A DNA stretch of 63,938 bases, counting the filler, from Squatina squatina (lineage: Eukaryota): NCBI GenBank assembly GCA_031763465.1. It is 4 parts of 4 records of this genome, joined end to end, with 100 filler letters (N's around TTAATTAATTAA, not from the genome) between each part and the next. Parts side by side here need not be neighbours in the genome. Positions count along the whole stretch, not along the records: positions 1 to 17,107 come from JARFOE010000233.1; 3 more parts are not named here. The stretch is one strand, 5' to 3'. The translations under genes and the position numbers were made by a program. This document shows, one piece after another, positions 1-9,392 of the stretch (position 1 is the stretch's first letter; each line of letters opens with the position of its first letter). The notes under the pieces are model-generated. The model was not told where the DNA came from, made no database searches, and worked only from the letters and a program-made list of their open reading frames with translations.

Positions 1-2483
1 TGGAACCATATGTGATTTGCAGTGTTAACCTTTTGTGCATCCTACATTAATCTGAACCATTGATCTTAATTGACTGCACACAGTCTTGCGGGCACAGTGC
101 CTGTTTGGTTAATTCATAGCTCACAGTGTATTTCTAAGGATTCTGATGTAAATGGTACTGTTTAATATTTCTTTTCAGAGTTCTTTAATGCACTGATCCA
201 TCAGTTGTAATTCAAAAGTGGTTTGCTTGTGCTCCTGTTCTTATTTGTAACTGGATTCTGGAACACTGGTCCAACATTAGCAACCTTAAAGTGAAAACTA
301 TTTTACTCTTTATTACACCACTAGGTTTGAAACTGTAATGGATATTTTTCTTCGATGTTATGGTACTTTTCCGACCCCTTATTGACAATATTTATTCCTA
401 AAAGCAGTCACGCTTAGCTACCACTTTATTTAAGCTACCTTGATCTTTACTTGCAGCTAAACCAGCAGTTGTTTTTGAAGAGTTTGTGGTAGAATATTGA
501 CTGCTTGTGAAAATCCCACTTTCATGTGAGGCATTTTTTGACAAGGCTTTCTGAACCTGGATGATAGTTACTTCAAGAATTGAGATGCTAAGGATTCTTT
601 AAAAGAAAGTGTTAACCACCTGTTCACGTTTTTGCTTATTTATTCAAGTTTTTATTCTTTAGCCTTATGGCTTGTGCCTAGATGTGATGTGCTGGACAAT
701 AACATGAAAACATCATTGATTGTTTAATCTTCAAATGTATACACGCAGGAACTATCATTCCTCCAGTATTCCAAAGTGGGCAACCAAAGGCAGGTTACTG
801 TGTTTTTAAATTATTTCAAACTAGCAAATCACCCCTTAATACTGTATTATGAAGCACTATGTAACCCAGCTCTAAATCTGTTGTGTTGTTAATAGGTTTA
901 AACAAATTCATCAGACCTGCAGTGCAATGTTGGCAGAGTTTCTGTAAGATTTGTCTACTTGTAAATGTTTCTAGAATGAGGTCTGCAAGCAGATTTTAAA
1001 TCTAATCCTTATTGGTAGTTGAGCCAAATGTGACACTTTATTTTAAATCCTTCCACAGAAAAATAAATTGGGCAGAGAGCACCAAAACAATAATTGATGG
1101 ATTGAGCTTTAAATTGAGTTTGTTACAGATGTGGATGCAGTGCTCTCATGACCTTGGTTAACAGTATAATAACATATTCGGGGGGCCAACTTTGCTTTCT
1201 AAAATTATCTTAGGGCTTGTGGTTGTAAATGACACAATCTTCAATACGTATTAAAAAAAACAGTTGATCATTTAACTTGGGTTATGTAACTACTGTGTGT
1301 GAAGTATGGCTTCTATCGTGTGATCTTTTAAATGCAAATGTTGTGTTTTTCTGCATGTTNNNNNNNNNNNNNNNNNNNNNNNNNNNNNNNNNNNNNNNNN
1401 NNNNNNNNNNNNNNNNNNNNNNNNNNNNNNNNNNNNNNNNNNNNNNNNNNNNNNNNNNNCCTCACCCACCAACGACCTATGATTTGACTGACCTAAGCAT
1501 TGCTTGTGTCTCCAAAATGAACCCCTTTAACGGCTGAGGTAGCCTGACACTTGACACTTGATAGCAGCTCCTTAGATCCTTCCCACAACTCGCCTCCTGA
1601 AATAAACTAAGTTTAAAAATGCTCTTTAGCGCTGAAATTAGGACGGTTTTTAAAGCTGTCTGAAATTTTTTTTTCAAAATGTCAAATTGCAGGCCTTAAA
1701 AGTGAAATTTCAAAGACCTGAACTTTGCGCTCCCCAATTCGTCCCTTAGCGTCAGAAACTCAGGGCAATCTAATTGGCCGCCCCTAATGTTTTCCTGTGA
1801 AATCGCACAATCCTCTGCAATATAAGGACCCTCACAGACATGAGAGCATCAATTTGTTTTTCCCCTTCACCTAGGCAGGGTGAAGGTTTTCAATTGCTCA
1901 GTGCTGCTCTGTGTCATTGTTGGGCCTGCTCCATTGGTGGAAGTGCGGTGAAGCAGGCCACAAGTCCACTGATTCCCCAAAGATGCAGATCCAGTTCCAA
2001 ATTGCAGGAACGGGGTCATTAGCATAGTTGGGGTGGACCACCAATGCCTGCAAGATAACTTCAGTACCACCCACCCTGATCTGCCCTTCAAAGTCCCTCA
2101 GACACTCTGCCTGAGATGCCCCGAGGCCACTCCTGGACCAAAGATGAAGGGGAGTTTAAAAATTTGTCGGCTGCTAAAGGAGCCAATTCCCAGCATAACA
2201 AAAATAATGAGTCCCCTTCAGGATCAGTTAAGTTTATCGGAGAGACTTTTTAAAGCCTTTTGTTGGGCTTTCATATAACTCTTTCCAACTCTTAACTGAG
2301 AGTTCCAGTGAGGGCATAATAGGTGGAATTCTGAGAAAGCCCAGGAAACCCCCCCCCCCACCCCCGGACCACCACTCCCCTCCGCACCACACTATTAACA
2401 ACCCTTTCACACCCCTCCCCAACCTCCGCGCCTCATTTAAAATAAAACAAATCTACACACCGAAATCTACCTTAAAAACTTAC

Positions 2484-2660
2484 GCGGCCTCGGCCCGTCG
2501 GAGTCCTGCCCCCCAACGGCCCGCTGCGATTGGACAACCGCTCCCGCCGGAAGTGCAAAGGGAGCTCTCCCATTGGCTCGGCGCGCTGTCCATCACGCTT
2601 GCCGCCGATCGAGCTCCTCCTCACAACTTTCAAATCTCCAATCGGTTTAAAAATTTTCAT
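2484..2660 (-). promoter_or_regulatory. CpG-rich promoter with a probable minus-strand non-coding first exon; gene unidentified
   Basis: Local CpG cluster in AT-rich DNA. ETS/GABP motif CCGGAAGTG at 2547-2555. CCAAT/ATTGG boxes at 2529-2533, 2572-2576 and 2638-2642. Minus-strand donor GTAAGT at 2483-2478. Confidence 0.55.
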
Positions 2661-3158
2661 TGAAAAAAAAAACCCGGTCCTTTCCTCATAATTCTTTTCC
2701 AGTTTGATTTTCTCGGCCTTTTTCTCTTTTCTTTTTGGAAGAGAAAAACCCATATTTTTTAAAAAAAACTTTAATCAGCTTAACAGTCTATGGTATATGT
2801 ATAGTTAAAATGTAATGTTGATGTTTGCTTCTGGATTTAGGCAAATTTTCAAATGTATAGACATTGTAGATCATGTTGCCGTATGCCATTAGATCTATAA
2901 ACATTTCACATCTTAAAAATCTGTTTGCTTCTGTAAGGTTTTTTATAATTATGTTGTATAACTATAAAAAATAAAATCAATTTCCGTGCAAGTTAAATGT
3001 GTATGAAACTATATTTTAGCCTCAATTTTTAAATTCTTATTGAACTTGAAGGCAATTGNNNNNNNNNNNNNNNNNNNNNNNNNNNNNNNNNNNNNNNNNN
3101 NNNNNNNNNNNNNNNNNNNNNNNNNNNNNNNNNNNNNNNNNNNNNNNNNNNNNNNNNN

Positions 3159-3330
3159 GTTTTTACAACAATCCGATAGTTTCATGGTCACCGTTACTGA
3201 CACTAGCTTTTTTTAAAATTCCAGATTATTTTTTAATTAACTGAATTTAAATTCCACAGCTGCCGTGATGGGACTTGAACTCAATAATCCAAGCCTCTGG
3301 ATTACTAGTCCCACAACTTAACCACCGAGT
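3159..3330 (-). mobile_element. tRNA-derived SINE, 5' half (same family as 32170-32480)
   Basis: Its reverse complement matches the 32170-32480 copy (gagttcaa..ccc..cacggcagctg..gaatttaaattc..aataatctggaat..gtaacggtgaccatgaaact..cggattgttgtaaaa). Confidence 0.75.
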
Positions 3331-4327
3331 CCCCCGAAGTGGCAGGAAGGGGGTTTCAGGAGGGTCTTGCAGGACGGAATGGGCAGAGCAAGGGAACTAT
3401 GGTAGGGGAGGCTATGGCTTTCCCTGTGGAAACCAGAGAAGCATTCCTGCTCCTCCTGGCTCCACAAAGAAAAGATCCTGACTTACCTTTTTCCCCCTTC
3501 CTTCCCAACAGCTGCCGACTTGCTTTCAGCTGATAGAAAAGCAGCACCAGCTTCCCTGCTTCCCTGCTCAGGCCCGATTCAAAATCAAATCAGGATCCTC
3601 TTATCATAAACCACCCCACCTACTTTAGGCAGGCACCTCAGCTATCTGCAGAACCCTGAAGGTTACGATCACTGGCAACGAGAAAGGGGCGACCCCCTTG
3701 ATTTTAACTGTCCACCCACCTGCTTTTTATCAGGTGGGTAAGGTTAAAGTCAATCCTTATAGTTTTTCATTAATCTTGTCCAATAGGACTTTATTTCTGT
3801 TTATGTAATGAATTTGGAACTTTTTTGAAGAAACAAATGAAAACCTGTCTTAACATTTTGCTATTAACTTGGACAAGAACCATAAGACTCAGAGGATATA
3901 AGTAGAAGACTTGCAAGCCTCGAAAAGGATTAGAAATTAGAAAAGACTTTGTTTCCCCTCCACAGTCATGGTAGACATGTAAGCCAGACGCACACAAAAT
4001 AATTGATTCAAGGTTAAATTATATCTTTAAAAGCGAGTAGGAAAAACAAGTCTTTGAATAGTTTCATAGCCTGAGGAAAGACACGCTTGCAGTTGCCAGA
4101 CTAACAGGATCATCCTGATGCTTGCTGAGATGTTGCCCACACTGCACACGCTCATACTGCAACATCCTGTGAATTGAAGGCTCAAGTGTAGTTGGTGCTC
4201 TTTTCACCTGACAGAAGTACATCACCAGGAACAATATCAACTCCAAGCCTGAGCTTTAGAAAAAGATGCAGACTATCAAGTAAAAATATTACTGCAGCTA
4301 CTCAAGACAATTTTATAGGTAAATTTA

Positions 4328-4385
4328 ATCATAGAATCATACAGCACAGAAGGAGGCCATTCAGCCCATCATGTCTGCACTGAAG
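4328..4385 (-). mobile_element. CR1/HER1-HE1-type 3' tail fragment
   Basis: The reverse complement reads gatgggctgaatggcctccttctgtgctgtatgattctatga, the same tail that ends the CR1 copies near 9350 and 24360. Confidence 0.7.
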
Positions 4386-4412
4386 AGCTATCCAGCTTGA
4401 TCCCACTTCAAC

Positions 4413-4487
4413 TGCTGAAACCCAGGATTGAATCAGGAACCTTTACATCTTCACAGTCTAACGCACTCTCAGCTGAGCTATTTTGAC
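4413..4487 (-). pseudogene. tRNA-Phe(GAA) pseudogene
   Basis: The reverse complement GTCAAAATAGCTCAGCTGAGAGTGCGTTAGACTGTGAAGATGTAAAGGTTCCTGATTCAATCCTGGGTTTCAGCA aligns end to end with vertebrate tRNA-Phe (GCCGAAATAGCTCAGTTGGGAGAGCGTTAGACTGAAGATCTAAAGGTCCCTGGTTCGATCCCGGGTTTCGGCA). It has a 2-nt insertion in the anticodon loop and CpG-decay changes. Confidence 0.85.
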
Positions 4488-4560
4488 CTTACTATGTTAG
4501 TATAAAAAATATTTTGTATTATTATCCTTATTTTGAACCNNNNNNNNNNGAAAACAATTT

Positions 4561-5173
4561 GGGCCAAATGTTGCTGTAGCAGGGCATCGAATGGGGTCTG
4601 CCGTTAGTTAGGCTTGCTCCAGCACACTTCAGCTCAAAATTATTTGCTCAGTAAGTTGTTGAAAGTGCCAGCTGATAATGGCACAGCAAGGGAAACAGGG
4701 CATCTGAGATCTGAGTGAGCAGGGAAACTAACAGGATATCTCCTTAACCAATGAGATTTAAGGACTGGGGAATAAACAGCGAAATGTCTGCGAAGGAGCG
4801 TGAATAAAAGGGGATGAATTCAATGTCAAGTCAGGTACAGAAAGAGAAATAAAGAGAGGGAAAGAAAGACTGGATTAAGAGAGAGAGAGAAGAAAAGCAC
4901 AGAAAGGAAAAGTAAGATTTTTTTTTAAATTGCCATTTTTAAAATCTTCTAAAACAATTCAAAATCTGAAGGAATGAGACAACACACTTGTAATTGTTTA
5001 ATTTCTGAGGTTAATTGACGATCATTAACAATTATCACGTATTAAAAGGGTACTTGCGCTGTTGATTACAGCACTTAACTTTCTGTGGCAAGTTTAATAG
5101 GCAGTTAATATGCAAATACAGCAGCTTCATGAAAATCACAGGCTATCTCTTCCTTGCTACAAATTACTGGCCG
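4561..5173. mobile_element. Probable non-autonomous DNA transposon (MITE-like)
   Basis: Imperfect terminal inverted repeats: the left end is GGGCCaaatgttgcTGTAGCAGGG and the right end reverse-complements to CGGCCagtaattTGTAGCAAGG. No ORF inside. Confidence 0.45.
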
Positions 5174-6358
5174 TTTTATGTAGCATCATCGTTTAGACGC
5201 TGTTTTTTTTCCCCAGCAAAACCTGGCTCATTATGTAAACAAAAATTGACACAGTGAATGGAGAAATGGTCTGGAGCAAGCAGCCATGAAAAAATTTGGG
5301 CGGGAGCAGGGTGGGGGTTACGGACTGTGAAGAAGTGTGGTGGAGAAGCAGTAGGGAAGTTCAGGATCCAAGCTGTGATGCATTTAAGCACCAGCAAGAC
5401 ACAAGGCCGCACAAGCAAATATGTATTGAAGGCTTCTGAGCTTGTCCATGCACTGTGTTGGTAAATACTGCTAATGAAGGCTACTGGCTCAAGAAATGGA
5501 GCAGAAGTCAAGCCCCAGTGAGAGAGGCTTGTGCAGGAGAAAGTTTGTGTATTGAGCTGTAATGTTTCACGGGTATGTTTTAAATTTTTTTATATGTGAC
5601 AAATTTACTTGGGAGGATATAGTTCGCTGGGTCAGAAAGCAGCACACCTATCAAAATTACATTGAAAAGATTATTTGAGCAACTTGAAGCTGTGGAGCTT
5701 CTGGTTCTAGATTGGTAGCTGGAGGGTGGGAGAGAGGAAAAAGTGATTTGATTGCTTTTGTATGGTTTACTTGTCTATGATTGGTAGTGATGTCTTTTCT
5801 ACCTGTTGAATCTCTAACCAAATCATTGTGCTTAGCTGAACAGGTAATGGTCATTTTAGTTTTGTTTGAGATTTTTCACGCTGGAATCGCATGTATGATA
5901 TTCTGAGTGTGATGCTCAAGACATCAATTCTGTAGAAGATAAATTATTAATTTAAATCAAACTACTTTTTAATTTGCTTCAAATGAAAGCAGTTTCTTTT
6001 ATGTAAATATATTAGCACGCAGTCTTAAAACATTCCAAAGGTTTCTGTATCTGTCTGCAATATTTTGTACCACCTGAATGTGTTTCTGTGGAGGGATAAC
6101 TAATTTTAAGCAGGATAACTTGTAATATTTGGTCTGGAATCTCCTGCTTGCAATAAGGCTAGGCGATTTTTATTTTTTTAGGCTTCTTTTGAACAGCTTA
6201 ATACCTGAACAACCTTTGCAAAGACCAGCACCAATCAGAATTTATGTGGAGCTTCCAGAAATAGGGCAGGAGTTGTAGATGGCAGAAAGCATAATGGTGA
6301 AGATGCTGCAGTGTGTGTAACCTTCCTGCTTTACTAACAATTTTTTTTTCTATCTCAG

Positions 6359-6530
6359 AGAGATAAAGAAGAAAGATTGCATTACAGCAATACCAAAACT
6401 GGTGATTGTAAAACAGAATGGGGACGTCATCACTGACAAAGGCCGTAAACAGATACGAGATCACGGCATTGCATGCTTCAGGAACTGGATCGAGGTTGCA
6501 GATGTTTTCCAGAATTTTTCGGTTGATTGA
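6359..6530 (+). CDS. NXNL2: Nucleoredoxin-like 2 (RdCVF2), terminal coding exon
   Basis: Perfect TACTAAC branch point, pyrimidine tract and CAG acceptor. Translates EIKKKDCITAIPKLVIVKQNGDVITDKGRKQIRDHGIACFRNWIEVADVFQNFSVD*, matching the NXNL2 C-terminus. AATAAA at about 6543. S1PR3 is on the same scaffold, as at human 9q22. Missed by the ORF track. Confidence 0.93.
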
Positions 6531-7069
6531 GAACTGCCATGAAATAAACTGTACAATCTGGAAATTAATGTGTAAGGAAAGCCTGTGACATTTGAATGTA
6601 AATTTTATAGTTGAAGTATAGGTTTGCAACAAAAAAGAAGCTCGAGTTTTACATGCACATTCTTATTTTAAACCAAGCTCTGTAACCAAACATAGCGAAA
6701 TGCAATTATAAACAAACCATTTTTTGCATATTTTGAAATGTTTGTATGATATAAATATAAGAATCATTTTTATTCAACATTTTAATCCTAATGTTTTTGA
6801 TTTTCTGTTTTTCTTTCAAACTGCCAGATTGGATAGTGAGACAGTATCTACTGCTGTCACTTTTTCTGCATGAAGTAGGCCTGCTTTTAATGTCATATAT
6901 TTTTCTAAACTTGAGGAACATCCTGTGGTGCAATCCAAACATTTTACTGAACTAATACAAAAGCAGAATTAGTGGGGACTTTGACATTTACAGACACTGA
7001 AAACAGAAGTAACTGGAAAACTGAAGGAAGGAGATATTGCTGGCTAGTTCTAGGGGATGAGTGGGATAA

Positions 7070-7310
7070 GTAAAGACTTGTATTCATATAGCACCTCTCA
7101 CAACCTCAGGATGTTCCTAATTGCTTTATAGCCAATGAAGTACTTTTGAAGTGTAGTCATTGTTGTAATGTGGGGAACGCAGTAGCCAATTCGTGCACAG
7201 CAAGGTCCCACAAACAGCAATGTCAGACAAGATCATCTGTTTTAGTGATGTTGGCTGAGGGATAACTATTGGCCAGGGCACCATGGATAACTTCCCTGCT
7301 CTTACAAAAG
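7070..7310 (-). mobile_element. SacSINE1/DeuSINE-like SINE
   Basis: Contains the segment cagccaatgaagtacttttgaagtgtagtca...tgcacagcaaggtcccacaaacagcaatg...gatgttggctgagggataa, with related copies at 49335, 61925 and 63700. Confidence 0.75.
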
Positions 7311-7639
7311 NNNNNNNNNNNNNNNNNNNNNNNNNNNNNNNNNNNNNNNNNNNNNNNNNNNNNNNNNNNNNNNNNNNNNNNNNNNNNNNNNNNNNNNNNN
7401 NNNNNNNNNNGAGCGCGAGCGAGCTCAGGCAGAAATAAAGATAGCCTAAAGGTTTTTAAAAGGATGAGAGCGATCTCCAGGACACCAGTAGTATTAAAGG
7501 AAACAGAAATACTTAAGGTTCAGTAAAAATATAGAAAATAACTAATGAGAATACAACAGAAGTGGAAAAAAAACTAGGAGTGTGATGAGTTAAAATGTGT
7601 GTTTAAAACAACATTAGGGCATAAGAGCAGGACAGGGTT

Positions 7640-8660
7640 TATTACCGAGCTAAAAGTTGTATACACTAATGCACATAGCATGAAAAAGAAAACCAGTGAA
7701 TGGGCATAGTGGGAGATAAATATTCCAGGTTATAAGGTCTTTAGAAAGGACAGGGACATTCAAAAAGGAGGAGTAGCAGCAATATTGACAATGCAGTATT
7801 AGAAAGAGGGGATATCAGTAAGGGTGAGCAGGCAGTAGAAACATTATGGGTAGAATTGAGGAATAGAAAAGGATGCAAGACTTCGGTGGGAGTCATTTAT
7901 AGACCTCCAGATAGCAATGATAAAGTAGCAGGATGCGTAAATGTGGAGTTTAGAGAAGCTTATTGTAAAAAGAGTAGTTATAATGGGAGACTTTAATTTT
8001 CACAGACTGGAGAAAGCAGAATAGCTCAAACGGAATTTCTTCAGTGTATTCGGGACAGTTTTCTTGAACTAACACAAGGACAGGTCATCTTCAACTTAAT
8101 AATGAGTAATGAGCCTGAATTAGTCAATAATCAAATGGTAAAAGAATACTTAGCTAACAGTGACTATAATATGATAGAATTCGATATTAAGTTTGAGACG
8201 GAGCAGGGTGAGTCACGAACCAAGGTTTTAAATTTAGGTAAGGCTGACTTTGAAGGAATGAGGCAGAAATTGATCGCAATAGATTGGGCAAAACTACTAA
8301 TGGATAAAACTAAGGATGAACAGTGGAAAGTATTCAAAAAAGTATTTGATGGAATACAAGACCTGTACACACCCCTAAAGGGCAAGAGCTCTACTTGTGT
8401 AATTAAGCAACCTTGGTCAACAAGGGAAGTGAGATATAATATAAAACTAAAAGGGCTTATACAAAGGCAAAGAACAATAACGATCCGCAGACTGGAAGAG
8501 ATACAAATAACATCAAAGGGATACAAAAAAAAGTAGTCAGAGCTGCAAAAAGGGCTTGCAAGGTTTATCAAGGACAACACAAAAGTTTTTTCTAATATAT
8601 TGAGAGAGAAGGTGGCTAAGAGTAATGTAGGCCTATTAATGACAGACATGGTGATATTGG
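7640..8660 (+). mobile_element. Degenerate CR1 LINE ORF2, AP-endonuclease region
   Basis: Frameshifted motifs YTNA.S, NIPGYKVFRKDR, LWVELRNRKG, VGVIYRPP, IMGDFNF, SDYNMIEF and KADFEGMR (ORF 8102-8536). Confidence 0.9.
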
Positions 8661-8916
8661 CCCTGAAGTTGTGATCTGAGGCTTCCTGCGTGCGGATGCC
8701 TCCGATCGCAAAATGTCTACGAACTTACCTACCAGTCCTCGATTCACGCGAGCTTGTGATTTTCAGCCCCACCCCCAGCTGGAGTTTAGCAGCGCCTCTG
8801 TTCTTTCCCGGGTAAGNNNNNNNNNNNNNNNNNNNNNNNNNNNNNNNNNNNNNNNNNNNNNNNNNNNNNNNNNNNNNNNNNNNNNNNNNNNNNNNNNNNN
8901 NNNNNNNNNNNNNNNN

Positions 8917-8998
8917 ACAGATGCTGCCTGACCGGCTGAGTATTTCCAGCATTTTATGTTTTTATTTCAGATTTCCAGCATCCACCATATTTTGCCTT
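8917..8998 (+). mobile_element. Penelope-like terminal repeat fragment
   Basis: acagatgctgcctgacc.gctgagtatttccagcattt..tgtttttatttcagatttccagcatc is shared with copies at 22520-22750, about 45995 and 56835. The family assignment is from recall. Confidence 0.55.
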
Positions 8999-9264
8999 TC
9001 TATTTATTTCTATCTGTGCTATTAAATCATCTATTTTGTTGTGAATGCTTCATGCATTCAGATTTTACTTTTTTCTATTTTTCCCTGATGTCACCTTAGT
9101 CACTGATGCTCTATTATCTTTCCTAAGCTCTCTGTCCCTTCCTGACTCACCCTGCTTGTTTTTACCCAAACTTGGTGAGGCTTGGATAATACAGCTGAAA
9201 ATGGGTTTTTCCACAACAAATAAGCATTTTTAATCACAGTGTCAATCCACCACGTGTGAGTAAC

Positions 9265-9392
9265 CTGATTTTACAGGGCGATGGGGAAAGAGCAGGGGAA
9301 TGGGACTAATTGAATAGCTATTTCAAAGAACCAGCACAGGCACTATGGGCCGAATGTCCTACATCTTTGCTGTATCATTCTATGATACTATA
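9265..9392 (+). mobile_element. CR1 LINE 3' end
   Basis: ttacagggc.atggggaaagagcaggggaatgggactaatt...ccagcacaggcac.atgggccgaatg...ctgtatcattctatgata matches the 3' end of the copy at 23978-24395. Confidence 0.8.

Noticed and set aside
1-1359. Possible SPIN1 3' UTR, by synteny with NXNL2
   Set aside because: The composition is UTR-like, but there is no coding sequence or recognisable motif to anchor the call.
5217-5572. Possible plus-strand exon (ccccag acceptor to gtatgt donor), considered as NXNL2 exon 1
   Set aside because: All three frames contain stops and there is no similarity to the NXNL2 N-terminus. A non-coding exon cannot be supported without RNA data.
5787-5840. C/D-box snoRNA-like GTGATGT...CTGA
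   Set aside because: The C box is imperfect, there is no terminal stem, and I could not identify an rRNA-complementary guide.
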